Shown: positions 1 through 9,483 of the stretch, one piece after another
Layout of the letters: every line of letters begins with the position of its first letter
How positions within the stretch are numbered: the stretch's first letter is position 1
Source of the DNA: an uncultured Solirubrobacteraceae bacterium
GTDB lineage: Bacteria > Actinomycetota > Thermoleophilia > Solirubrobacterales > Solirubrobacteraceae
Direction: 5' to 3'
Assembly: GCA_963716355.1 (NCBI GenBank)
Contig: OY970308.1
Location: forward strand, 1,707,433-1,771,432
DNA: 64,000 nt
Position numbers and translations under genes: made by a program
The notes under the pieces: model-generated
What the model saw: only the letters and a program-made list of their open reading frames with translations
Databases searched by the model: none
What the model was told of the DNA's origin: nothing

Positions 1-17
1 GGGAGAAGTCTCGGCTC

Positions 18-320
18 ATGGCACATGCGAGGAAGTATTCGAAGGAGTTGCTGGATCGTGGGACGCGTTTGGTGTTCGAGTCCGGGCGTCCGATCGCGCA
101 CGTCGCGAAGGATCTCGGGATCGAGAGCGAGACGCTTCGCAAACACGTCCGGCAGGTCGAAGCTGATGAGGGGCGCCGCAAAGACGTGTTGAGCAGCCAG
201 GAGCGCGAGGAGATCAAATCCCTGCGCCGGGAGGTCGCGCAGCTGCGTCGCGCGAACGAGATTTTGAAGGCCGCGTCCGTGTTTTTCGCGGGCGAGCTCG
301 ATCCACACCGTCCGAAGTGA
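18..320 (+). CDS. IS3 transposase OrfA (HTH)
   Basis: RKYSKEL..IAHVAKDLGI..ETLRKHV HTH; LRRANEILKAASVFFAGELD tail; GTTTTTC potential -1 slip site at 281-287. Confidence 0.92.
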   Translation: MAHARKYSKELLDRGTRLVFESGRPIAHVAKDLGIESETLRKHVRQVEADEGRRKDVLSSQEREEIKSLRREVAQLRRANEILKAASVFFAGELDPHRPK

Positions 321-1213
321 GCGCGTTCATCGACGCGCATCGTGAGCGCTTCGGGGTCGAGTCGATCTGCGAGACCTTGGGCGTGTCGGCGTCCGCCTAC
401 TACCAGCGCGCGACCGGCCAACGCTCGGCGAGGGCCGTGGAGGACGAGAGGCTGCTCGGCGTGATCGGCGAGCTACACGCCGCCAACTACTGCGCCTACG
501 GGTCCAGGCGGATGTGGAAGGCGCTCCTGCGCTCGGGGGAGCATGTCGGGCGCAGCCGTGTCGAACGGTTGATGCGCCAGAACGGCCTCCAGGGCGCCAA
601 GCGGCGCGGCAAGCCATGGCGCACTACGAAATCCGACCCGGCAGCGCTGCGCAGCCCTGACCTCATCAAGCGTGATTTCACGGCGTCCCGGCCGGATGAG
701 AAGTGGTTCGCGGACTTCACCTACCTGCGCTGCTGGGAGGGGCTGGTGTTCTTCAGCTTCGTGATTGACGCCTACAGCCGCATGATCGTGGGCTGGCAGT
801 TCGCCAGCCACATGCGCACCGACCTCGTCCTTGACGCTCTCAGGATGGCTCTGCGCCGGCGGGCCTGCGGAGCAGACGTCTCGCTCGTGGCGCACTCCGA
901 CGCCGGGAGCCAATACACGTCGTTTGACTACACGCAACTCCTGGACGACCACGACGTTCTCGCCTCGATCGGGTCCGTCGGGGATGCCTATGACAACGCG
1001 GCCGCTGAGAGCTTCGTCGACACCTTCAAGACCGAGCTGATCACCGACCGAACCTGGACCAGTCGCAGCCAGCTCGAGCTCGCGATCGTCAGCTACGTCG
1101 CGTGGTTCAACAACACCCGCCTGCACGAATCACTCGGCGACCGGCCACCCCGAGAGATCGAGGAACTCTACGCTGTGAAAACCAGGCCAACCACACCCAC
1201 AAGAAGAAGATAG
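317..1213 (+). CDS. IS3 transposase OrfB (DDE integrase core)
   Basis: WFADFTY, HSDAGSQY and DNAAAESF DDE motifs; GTGA overlap with orfA in the -1 frame. Confidence 0.95.
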   Translation: MSAFIDAHRERFGVESICETLGVSASAYYQRATGQRSARAVEDERLLGVIGELHAANYCAYGSRRMWKALLRSGEHVGRSRVERLMRQNGLQGAKRRGKPWRTTKSDPAALRSPDLIKRDFTASRPDEKWFADFTYLRCWEGLVFFSFVIDAYSRMIVGWQFASHMRTDLVLDALRMALRRRACGADVSLVAHSDAGSQYTSFDYTQLLDDHDVLASIGSVGDAYDNAAAESFVDTFKTELITDRTWTSRSQLELAIVSYVAWFNNTRLHESLGDRPPREIEELYAVKTRPTTPTRRR

Positions 1214-1229
1214 GGAACCTACAAAAACC

Positions 1230-1255
1230 GTCTCCGTCAAACCCAGGGCGGCTCA
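1230..1255. repeat. IS3 right terminal inverted repeat
   Basis: Resembles IS6110-type IR ending GGGCGGyTCA; partner IR is not in the window. Confidence 0.7.
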
Positions 1256-1628
1256 GAGCGCTACAGCGACAACATCGTGCATGACACGAGGCTAGCCACG
1301 GGTACGGCCGGAACCGGACTGCGAGACGCGGCGGCCCATAGCGCGCTCGCTGATACACGCCAATGACGGGCGCGCGCCTTGCAGCTGGACGCGGAGACTC
1401 AGGCGACTAGGACCCCCCATATCCGCTCGATGGTTTCGCGCCGTCGTCTTGTGCCGACGGCTGGTGGCTGGCAGTTACGAGCCGAGCGCAGATCGCACGA
1501 GATGGTCCCACGATCCAATATGTAGGCGGTTTCTGAAAGGAGTAGCCTACCGTCGGACTGGCGTGTGCACCTGGCTCCGCGGCAGCGGCGTAGAGCTGGG
1601 AGCGGTTCCTAGACTCCGTACCCGAGAC

Positions 1629-3535
1629 ATGGACATCATCCCTGACAAGCGTAAGGTCGTCGGCCTGATCGAGCATGCGCACGACGGGAAGATATGCCTT
1701 CCCAACTTCCAGCGAGACTTTGTTTGGACGCGCGAGGAAGTCGCTGATCTTGTCCGCTCGATCGTCCGCGGCTACTTCATTGGCTCGCTCCTGCTGCTGC
1801 GTTGTGATCCCAACAATCCGCCCTTCGCGCCCGAGTTTTTGCGTGGCGCACAGCCGTCGTACAAAGAGCCGAGACCTGAGCATCTTGTGCTTGACGGTCA
1901 GCAGCGCCTGTCGTCGCTGATGTACGCGCTCACCGCGCCCGACCTATCTCTCAAGGACTCCAGCGCCCGCCGCTGGTACTTCGTGAACCTCGATGTTCTC
2001 CTTGATGAACCCGACAGCGACGAAGTCGTCTTTGATCGCTCGAAACGCGATTTGCGTGGCCTCAACGATTTCGCGACGCAGTATTCGCAGCGGATGCTCC
2101 CTTGCACGGCCCTGCTCACCCAGCAAGGCTTCTACCAGTGGCGAGATGGCTTCGAGGATTGGCTTCGTGCGAATGCACCTGACGAACTGGACCGTTACCG
2201 ATCAGAATGGCGCGACGGATGGACGAAAGCCGTAGCGGACTTCCAGACATTCGAGGTCCCGCTCGTGGAGCTGCCTCGCGTCGATGAAGGCGACGGCGAT
2301 GCCATCGGTCGGGTGTGCGCCATCTTCGAGAAGCTGAACTCGACCGGCGTGGACCTCTCGGTGTATGACCTTTTGACGGCACGCCTGTACCGCTATGGCA
2401 TCCGCCTTCACGATCTCTGGGAGGAAGCGGTCGCCTCGCACGGGCGACTACGCGCGTGGTCGAACGGCAAGGCTGACCAGCACAAGTTTGGCGTGCTCGT
2501 GCTTCGTGCGCTAGCGCTGTCGCGCGCGGCCTCGACCCTAAGCCACGCATCCTCATCGACCTTCAACCAGAGAACTTTGAGGCGGACTGGCGGCGTGCGA
2601 CTGCCGCGATGGAGCGGGCGCTGGAGCTGGTAGAGCTTGTCGGCCCGGACGGCTTCGGTGTCTTCGATGAGAAGTGGCTGCCCGGCTATGGACTCGTGCC
2701 GATCCTCGCCGCGCTTCGCGCGGAGATTGACGAGAAGAAACTCGGGCAGGCGGAGCGCGACGAGCTCCGCCGTTGGTACTGGTGCAACGTCTTCCTGGAG
2801 CGCTACTCCAGCGCTGTGGAGAGCAAGTCACGCAAGGACTACCAGGAGATGACACGACACTGGTTCGAGAGAGGACCCGAGCCAGAAGTCTTCCGCGAAG
2901 CACAGGCATGGATCGGCTCACCGGGCTTCCGAGTCCGCGACTCGGCGAGCTACGCGAGCGCGGTCTACAGCGGCATCTTCTGTCTGCTCGCACTCCGCAG
3001 CGCACGCGATTGGCGCCGCGGTGAGGACATCCGCCTACAGGAACTGCACGACCATCACATGGTCCCGCAGGCGTATCTTAAGCGTCACGGAATTACGAAA
3101 CGGGTCGATGTGAACACGATCGCCAACCGCACGCTCATTTCCAACGAGACGAACGGCAGAATCAGGGACAAGGCTCCAGCGGAGTACCTCGCCGACCGGG
3201 AGATCTTTCCCAACGGCCCGCTACCTGATCTGCTGGCTCCGCACTTCCTCGACGAGACAACAACAAAGCTGCTCGCCGAAGCCGCTGAGACGCTCGCTGA
3301 CGAGCCAGCCGCTCAGCTCTACGAGCGCTTCCTACAGGCACGGCAAGCCGCTCTCATCGCAGAGATACGTCGCGCGTGTGGCATCACGGCGGGCACCGAG
3401 CCAATTGAGCACCAGGAGCCCGACGAGCTAGCGGCCGATGTCGAGGCGGGCACCGCACCGTTGTTCGATTTCGATCCCGGGACAAGAGAAGGTTCGTCGC
3501 CTGAGCCACTACAGGCAATTGCCGGGGACATATGA
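1629..3535 (+). CDS. GmrSD-like DUF262 + HNH (DUF1524) restriction protein; one frameshift at ~2521-2528
   Basis: PNFQRDFVW, LDGQQRL and FEKLNSTG DUF262 motifs; C-terminal DHHMVP..IANRTLISNETN HNH-like motif; removing 2 nt from the CGCGCGCG run fuses the two ORFs (LALSRGLDPKPRILID). Confidence 0.85.
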
Positions 3536-4006
3536 CTTCCTCATCGTATGAAACGCAACTCGGTGTGATTGTGGCCGCCGCATCAGTGCAGAAACTCGCT
3601 ATCGAGGGTGGGCCACCTCTCATACGCGAAGCGGCTGCCAATCTCTCGGCGGCCGTTCGAGCGAGCCCGCGCGACACAACGGCGGGTGCGTGAGCGAGTA
3701 TTAGAGCTTGCCGATAGCGCCCTCCGAGTCGTGCGCACGCTTGGCGAAGCTGAACTACCTCCGGGTTTCGTCAACCCAACCGAGGCGCTCCTCGCCAGCA
3801 TGATCCTCGACTACGCGCCCAATATCGCCAATACATTCATCGCCGACGACGATCCGGTCGCACGCTTCGCGGACGAGATGATCGGTGCCGCACTGCGCTA
3901 TGTCAACGTCGACCCGCAGACCGTGCAGGGCTCGGTAAGCGAGCGCTTTGGTGAGCTGTTCCGAGTGGTCGGCTTGGCCGCCCACGAGCTGTGCGTATCG
4001 CCGTAG
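3532..4006 (+). CDS. Hypothetical helical protein coupled to the GmrSD-like gene; probable frameshift near 3660-3690
   Basis: ATGA overlap with the upstream stop; MTSSSYETQLGVIV.. then VRERVLELADSALRVV.. in the adjacent frame. Confidence 0.5.
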
Positions 4007-4270
4007 GCGCGGCCGGCGAGTCGAATCCCACCGCCAATCACCGCCAGCGGGCTCGTAGCTGGTCACTGCTCCAGCGCCGCGGCGAACGTATCCCATTCCT
4101 CTTCTGTCAGGTCGGGGATGTCAAATGCTCGCGGGGGTCGAGCGGCGCAACGTCGGCCATCAGCTCCTCAAGTGGCAGCGGATGCAAAACAGCGAGTTCG
4201 CTTGCTCGATCAGGTCGTGGTTGGCGGCAGGCTTTGGCATGAGGTCCTCGCTTGACGTATTGCCGGTCAG

Positions 4271-4672
4271 TCAGACTTCGTGTGGCCGCAAGGCAATGCC
4301 GAGTCGGGCGACTCCTCGGAGCATCCGCTCGTCGATCGTCAGGAGTCGGCATTTTGTGAGCTGCGCCAAGGCGACGTAGTGAGCGTCGTAGGTCTTTGCC
4401 CAGCCGAACTGATCGGCCACGTCCCATGCTGCCTGGGCCAGTTCGTTGGGCGTGTTGATTTCCACGGGGGCATCGAGGAGGCGCATCAGCAACGTTTTCG
4501 CGCGCGGCTTTGTGATGTCTCCTCTCCAGGCGAGCTCATGCATCACCGAACTTGCCTCGGTGATCATTAGGTGAGGTGCGATAAGCGTGTATTTGCGCAG
4601 CCGGGCGAACCCCATCGGCGTATGGCACGCAGCCACCGCCACCGACGCGTCGACGACGAGCGTCTCGCTCAA
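4271..4672 (-). CDS. PIN-domain VapC-like toxin
   Basis: LVVDASV, E helix, YDAHYVALA and LLTID PIN motifs. Confidence 0.9.
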   Translation of the reverse strand: MSETLVVDASVAVAACHTPMGFARLRKYTLIAPHLMITEASSVMHELAWRGDITKPRAKTLLMRLLDAPVEINTPNELAQAAWDVADQFGWAKTYDAHYVALAQLTKCRLLTIDERMLRGVARLGIALRPHEV

Positions 4673-4920
4673 TGGCCGCTGCGAGAGCGGTGGAGCGCGG
4701 CAACCCAGTTAGGCGCCAGGGTGCCGTCATCGCCGACTCTCCACTCCTCGGGCAACTCAGACATGGGGTGCAACTCGTCCTCGATCACACGCAGATCACG
4801 GTCGTCGATCGCATGCCTGGCGCCGACGCGACGTGCCGGGAGGCGCCCGGAACGAATCCAGCGGCGGACAGTCTCAGGGTTCCTGCCCAGGCGATCAGCA
4901 GCTTCCGCGACACTCAGCAC
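4669..4920 (-). CDS. Excisionase-like HTH protein, putative antitoxin
   Basis: LSVAEAADRLGRNPETVRRWIRSGRLPA (HTH_17/MerR-like); ATGA overlap with the PIN gene; TAGCAT -10 box 7 nt before GTG. Confidence 0.8.
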   Translation of the reverse strand: MLSVAEAADRLGRNPETVRRWIRSGRLPARRVGARHAIDDRDLRVIEDELHPMSELPEEWRVGDDGTLAPNWVAALHRSRSGH

Positions 4921-4930
4921 ACCTCGAATG

Positions 4931-5420
4931 CTACTCAACCCCGCGGATCTCCTTGGAGGCGAACGCGAGGTTGACCCGTTCGAGATCCTCGGGCCGTGTC
5001 TTGGCATGCATGTAGCGCTCGGTGGTCGTGATGCGCGAGTCTCCGAGGAACTCTTGGACGAAGCGCGCGTCTGCGTGTCAGGCGATGAGGCTGCCGGCGG
5101 CGTCGCGTGCTGCCTTGTAGCGGCGGCGCACGGCCGATGGGTCGAGTCGGGAGCAGAATACGTAGTCATCGCGCTCGGTGTAGTCGCCGCGAGCCTGTAG
5201 ACGCTCAAGCGCTTCGGCTGCTGGGTCGGCGAGAGGAAGGAAGCGCGCTTGCCAGCTCTTGGTCGGCCCCTCGATGCCCGCAGACACGGCGCGGTGGACG
5301 ACCACGCGCCGTGTGTCGAAGTCGACATCCTCCCAGCGCAGCGCCACCAGCTCGCCGAGACGCAGCCCGGTGTACGCCGCGAGGCGGAACAGCTAGCCGT
5401 CTTGTGCGTCCTCGCGCGCC
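4931..5420 (-). pseudogene. Tyrosine integrase remnant (catalytic domain only)
   Basis: AYTGLRLGELVALRWEDVD and VQEFLGDSRITTTERYMH motifs; in-frame stops, HxxR segment deleted, N-terminus missing. Confidence 0.8.
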
Positions 5421-5436
5421 CAAGTTACGCTTAGAC

Positions 5437-5465
5437 TTGACAATAAACACGAACCTGTCTAAAGT
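5437..5465 (+). promoter_or_regulatory. Sigma70-type promoter for the giant secreted-protein pair
   Basis: TTGACA-N17-TAAAGT; TTAGAC/GTCTAA inverted repeat overlaps it. Confidence 0.65.
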
Positions 5466-5619
5466 GGGCCGTCCAGTGTGTCTCTCTGTCAAGGGCGCCT
5501 GGGTTTATGAGGGAGGGTCGCTGCGTTCTGCATGGGGTAGACGGCAGGCGTTTTGCGCGTGCCGTCGAGCGGCGATCCACCCACGAGGCAATCGCGGCAA
5601 CCTGGAGGAGACCAAACGC

Positions 5620-8600
5620 ATGAACGCTCGCAGGCTCAGATCGACCACGCTGGCTGTCCTGGGTGCGCTCGTGGGCGTGCTTGCGCTGTACAGCTCCGCC
5701 GCCGAGGCGGAAGTGATCCACTCCTACCTGTCGCAGATCGGCGGAGTCTTTCCGAGCGCGATGACCGTCGATTCGGGCGAACTCTACGTCGCCGAATCTT
5801 CCGGAAGGCTCGCGAAGTTCGATGACTCCACCGGAGCGTTCATCTCCCAGTTTCCCTCCGTCACCCCACCACCCGAAAACCTCACCCAGGGGTTCGCGGT
5901 GAACCACGCGACCGGCGAATCCTATGTCGGCGGGCTCGAATTCGTGGAAGGCTTCCCCTACGGCGTCCTGGGGTCGTTCGACGCGGCGGGCAAACTCCAG
6001 GCCGTGTGGAACGGATCCGACACCCCCAACCTCAACTTCGGCTGCTCCGTCTACTGCAATGGATCCGTAAGGGTGGCCGTCGACAACTCCACCAGCGTGA
6101 CCGACTGGGCCGCCGGCGATGTGTACGTCTCCTCGCCCCGCCTCGGCGTCGTGGATGTCTTCAAGCCCAAAGCCGGCGGTGGTGAGGAATATGTGACTCA
6201 GCTCACCGGCACCGAACCGGGTGCCCCGTTCGTCGAACCGCTGGGCGTGGCTGTCGACCAAGCGGGTCGCGTGCTGGTCCTCGACGGTCAGAGCGGCGTG
6301 GACATCTTCGAACCCACGGCACTAAACGAATACACCTTCGTGACACGCATCAGCGAATCGCCGCTGGGTCCGCTCGAAAACATGCGCAGCCTTGCCGTCG
6401 ACGGCGGCAACGGCGACATCTACATCTCGGCCACGCCGTCAGCACAGCCGCCGAGACCAGCCATCTACCAGTTCAACTCCGCCGGCGTCTATCTGGGCAA
6501 AGTCGGACTTGAATCGGTGAGTGGGATCTATGATGTCGGCAGCAGCGTGGCGATCGACCCGAGCACTCACGATCTCTATGCCACCGTCCAAACCGCCGCT
6601 GAATTTGTGGTCGCTCACTTTGGGCCATCACTCGTAATACCGGACGCGACAACCATCTCGCCCTCCGGTCTGAAACCGACGAGCGCCACTCTCAACGGCA
6701 CCGTCAACCCTGACAACGCAGGCGAAGCCACGTGTCAGTTCGAATACGGCACGAGCTCGAAAAACCTTGGCTCCATTGCGCCCTGCTCGGCTTCCGTTCC
6801 TGACGGGGAAAGCCCGGTGGCGGTGCAGGCGCAGATCGAAGTCCAGTCCGACACGACCTACTACTACCGCCTGCGCGCGACCAACGCCAACGGCACAACC
6901 CTTCGTGAATCGGCGCCGATCCAGGAATTCAAGACTCCGGGCCAGGCGATCCACCAGGAGTCGGCCTCGGTGGTGACATCGGTGTCGAGCACGCTGAACG
7001 CGAGCATCGACCCCAACAACAGCGCCACGACCTACTACTTCCAGTACGGCACCAGCTCCTCCTATGGCACCGACGTGCCGAGCGCCCCCGGGGTCGCATT
7101 GGGCTCGGGTTCGGGCGACCTGTCCGTACACGTCCATCTGCAGGGCCTCGCCTCGGGCACCACCTACCACTACCGTGTCGTCGCCGTCGCAGAACCGGGC
7201 GGCGAACTCTTCACGGTCTACGGTCCAGACAAGACCTTTACCACCCAGACAAGCCGGACGACGCTGACGCCGCCCGACGGACGCGCGTGGGAAATGGTCA
7301 CGCCTCCCAACAAGCAGGGCTCCACGATCGACGTCATCGGATTCGAAGCCGGCGACGACATCCAGGCGGCCGCCGACGGTCACGGCATCACGTTTGGGGC
7401 GAGCGCTCCGTTCGTCGAAAATCCGGCCGGCAACGACGCCTTGGAATTGTCGCAGGTCATCTCGACCCGCAAGGCGCCCGGTGTCTGGGAATCGCAGGAC
7501 ATAACGACGCCGCATCCTGGCCAGCAGGACTCGGAATTCGCGCTTTCGCACTCAAATGAATACAAGCTCTTCTCGACGGACCTGTCGCTGGGATTCGTCG
7601 AACCAAAGGGCCACTACCCGCTGCCGCCACTTCCCGCGGGCTCGGAAAAGACGGTCTATCTGCGCGACGCCAGCGGCGGATACACCGCGCTCGTTACGGC
7701 CGCCAACACTGCGCCCGGGGCGCACTTCGGAGGAAACGAAGGCAATTACGGTGGGGTCCAGTTCGACACCGCCACACCTGATCTGAGCCACATCGTGCTC
7801 GCTGAGGTGGCTCAGCTGACGTCGACTCCTGTCAACGAATGCGGATCGGTGATCTGGGAGGCGGGCACCCTTTCATGCGCTGAAGGAAACGTGACCAGTT
7901 CCAGGCATGGGATATCTGACGACGGCTCACGCGTGATCGGCAGCGAATTTCAAGGTCACACCGGTCTCGACCTACATGACCTGGTCAAAAAAGAAACCGT
8001 TCAGGTGGATGCCGCTCAGGGGAGCCCCGAACCGGAACTGAACGAAACGACTTACAACACGGCGAGCACCGATGCGTCCAGAGTGTTCTTCGAGAGTCCC
8101 CAGCGTCTGACGGCGGATTCGACAGCGACGCCGCAGCATGCCAACGACCTCTACGTTTACGAAGTCACAAGCGCAGCCGGTGCTCCGCTCGCAGGGCAGT
8201 TGACCGACCTGACGGTCGATGCCAATGAAGGCGAAACCGCAAAAGTACGCGGCGTGATCGGGGCTAGCAACGACGGCTCCTACGTCTACTTCGTGGCTGC
8301 TGGGTTGCTCGGTGACGCTGCCGAACGAGGCGCGGTCAACGGAACCAACCTGTATGTCGTGCACTACGACGGTGCGGCGCACAGCTGGGACGCGCCCCAC
8401 TTCATCACCGAACTGACCGATGGTGCTCCGCTCTCGAGCGGAGCACCCTCAAGCGGAGATTCCCCGGACTGGGAAGCCGTCACCAACAATCTCGTACAGA
8501 TGACTGCGCGTGTCTCGCCAAATGGCAGCTACCTCAGTTTCATGTCACAGAAAAGCCTCACCGGGTACGACAACACCGACGCCAACAGCGGCGCCGCCGA

Positions 8601-9468
8601 CGAGGAGGTCTATCTCTACGACGCTCAAGCGGATCGGCTGGTGTGCGCTTCGTGCAACCCGACCGGCGCACGACCCACGGGAGTCCTCATCAGGGGCGGA
8701 TTTGCCGAACATCTGGTGGATTGGACGGCTGGTCTGTGGGCCGGGCGTTATATCTCTGGAAACGTCCCGGGTTACATCACGAACACGCACTCCCCAACCT
8801 TTCAGTCTCGCTACCTCTCCGACACCGGCCGGATGTTCTTCAACAGCTCCGATGCGCTCGTGCCAGCAGATGTGAACGGCAAAGAGGACGTGTATGAGTA
8901 TGAGCCCGCCGGGCTGGCGAGCTGCCAGGCACCCGACTACGGGCAGAGCGCGAGCGTCGTCTTCAGCGAAACCTTGGACGGCTGTGTTGCCCTGATATCC
9001 GCCGGTACCTCAGAAGAAGAATCGGCGTTCATGGATGCCAGCGAAACCGGTGGGGACGTCTTCTTCTTGACGCTTTCCCAGCTCTCGCCCAACGACCTCG
9101 ACACCAACCTCGACATCTACGACGCGCACGAATGCACGGCGTCCGCGCCGTGTGCGCCACCGACAGCGACCACCCCGCCGCCGTGCTCGAGCGGGGATGC
9201 GTGCAAGCCGGCGCCCACGCCGCAGCCGGGGATATTCGGAGCGCCTCCCAGCGAGACGTTCTCTGGCGCGGGCAATGTGGTCTCGTCTGGCTCGAAGCCG
9301 ACCGTCAAGCCCAAGCTCACGACGAAGCAGAAGCTGGTCAAGGCGCTGAAGGTATGTCGCAAGAAGCCTCGGCCCAAACGGGCAGCGTGCGAACGGCAGG
9401 CCAGGAAGCGGTACGCAGCCAAGCGCGCGCGTACCGGAAAGAGCTTGTCCACCAGGACCAGGCGCTAA
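5620..9468 (+). CDS. Large secreted protein: NHL-like beta-propeller, two FN3-like repeats, second propeller, Cys/Lys/Arg-rich tail
   Basis: GGAGGAG RBS before ATG 5620; signal peptide (..SSAAEA); GVAVD/GDVYV repeats; ATLNGTVNP..YYYRLRA repeats. Confidence 0.85.
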   Translation: MNARRLRSTTLAVLGALVGVLALYSSAAEAEVIHSYLSQIGGVFPSAMTVDSGELYVAESSGRLAKFDDSTGAFISQFPSVTPPPENLTQGFAVNHATGESYVGGLEFVEGFPYGVLGSFDAAGKLQAVWNGSDTPNLNFGCSVYCNGSVRVAVDNSTSVTDWAAGDVYVSSPRLGVVDVFKPKAGGGEEYVTQLTGTEPGAPFVEPLGVAVDQAGRVLVLDGQSGVDIFEPTALNEYTFVTRISESPLGPLENMRSLAVDGGNGDIYISATPSAQPPRPAIYQFNSAGVYLGKVGLESVSGIYDVGSSVAIDPSTHDLYATVQTAAEFVVAHFGPSLVIPDATTISPSGLKPTSATLNGTVNPDNAGEATCQFEYGTSSKNLGSIAPCSASVPDGESPVAVQAQIEVQSDTTYYYRLRATNANGTTLRESAPIQEFKTPGQAIHQESASVVTSVSSTLNASIDPNNSATTYYFQYGTSSSYGTDVPSAPGVALGSGSGDLSVHVHLQGLASGTTYHYRVVAVAEPGGELFTVYGPDKTFTTQTSRTTLTPPDGRAWEMVTPPNKQGSTIDVIGFEAGDDIQAAADGHGITFGASAPFVENPAGNDALELSQVISTRKAPGVWESQDITTPHPGQQDSEFALSHSNEYKLFSTDLSLGFVEPKGHYPLPPLPAGSEKTVYLRDASGGYTALVTAANTAPGAHFGGNEGNYGGVQFDTATPDLSHIVLAEVAQLTSTPVNECGSVIWEAGTLSCAEGNVTSSRHGISDDGSRVIGSEFQGHTGLDLHDLVKKETVQVDAAQGSPEPELNETTYNTASTDASRVFFESPQRLTADSTATPQHANDLYVYEVTSAAGAPLAGQLTDLTVDANEGETAKVRGVIGASNDGSYVYFVAAGLLGDAAERGAVNGTNLYVVHYDGAAHSWDAPHFITELTDGAPLSSGAPSSGDSPDWEAVTNNLVQMTARVSPNGSYLSFMSQKSLTGYDNTDANSGAADEEVYLYDAQADRLVCASCNPTGARPTGVLIRGGFAEHLVDWTAGLWAGRYISGNVPGYITNTHSPTFQSRYLSDTGRMFFNSSDALVPADVNGKEDVYEYEPAGLASCQAPDYGQSASVVFSETLDGCVALISAGTSEEESAFMDASETGGDVFFLTLSQLSPNDLDTNLDIYDAHECTASAPCAPPTATTPPPCSSGDACKPAPTPQPGIFGAPPSETFSGAGNVVSSGSKPTVKPKLTTKQKLVKALKVCRKKPRPKRAACERQARKRYAAKRARTGKSLSTRTRR

Positions 9469-9483
9469 GAGCGGGAGGATACG

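Larger units (their letters stand above)
1..1255 (+). mobile_element. IS3-family insertion sequence (IS51/IS6110-like); left end lies outside the window
   Basis: orfA/orfB arrangement; right end GTCTCCGTCAAACCCAGGGCGGCTCA (1230-1255) ends in CA like IS3-family IRs. Confidence 0.9.

Noticed and set aside
1522-1550. GTAGGC..GCCTAC hairpin upstream of the DUF262 gene as a riboswitch
   Set aside because: Only a 6-bp stem and no recognisable aptamer consensus
2521-2528. CG dinucleotide run splitting the GmrSD-like gene as a phase-variation switch
   Set aside because: The run is short and the same error type occurs throughout the window
5107-5619. N-terminal 171 aa of the 1453-aa ORF
   Set aside because: Overlaps the antisense integrase remnant and the promoter; the real start with RBS and signal peptide is at 5620
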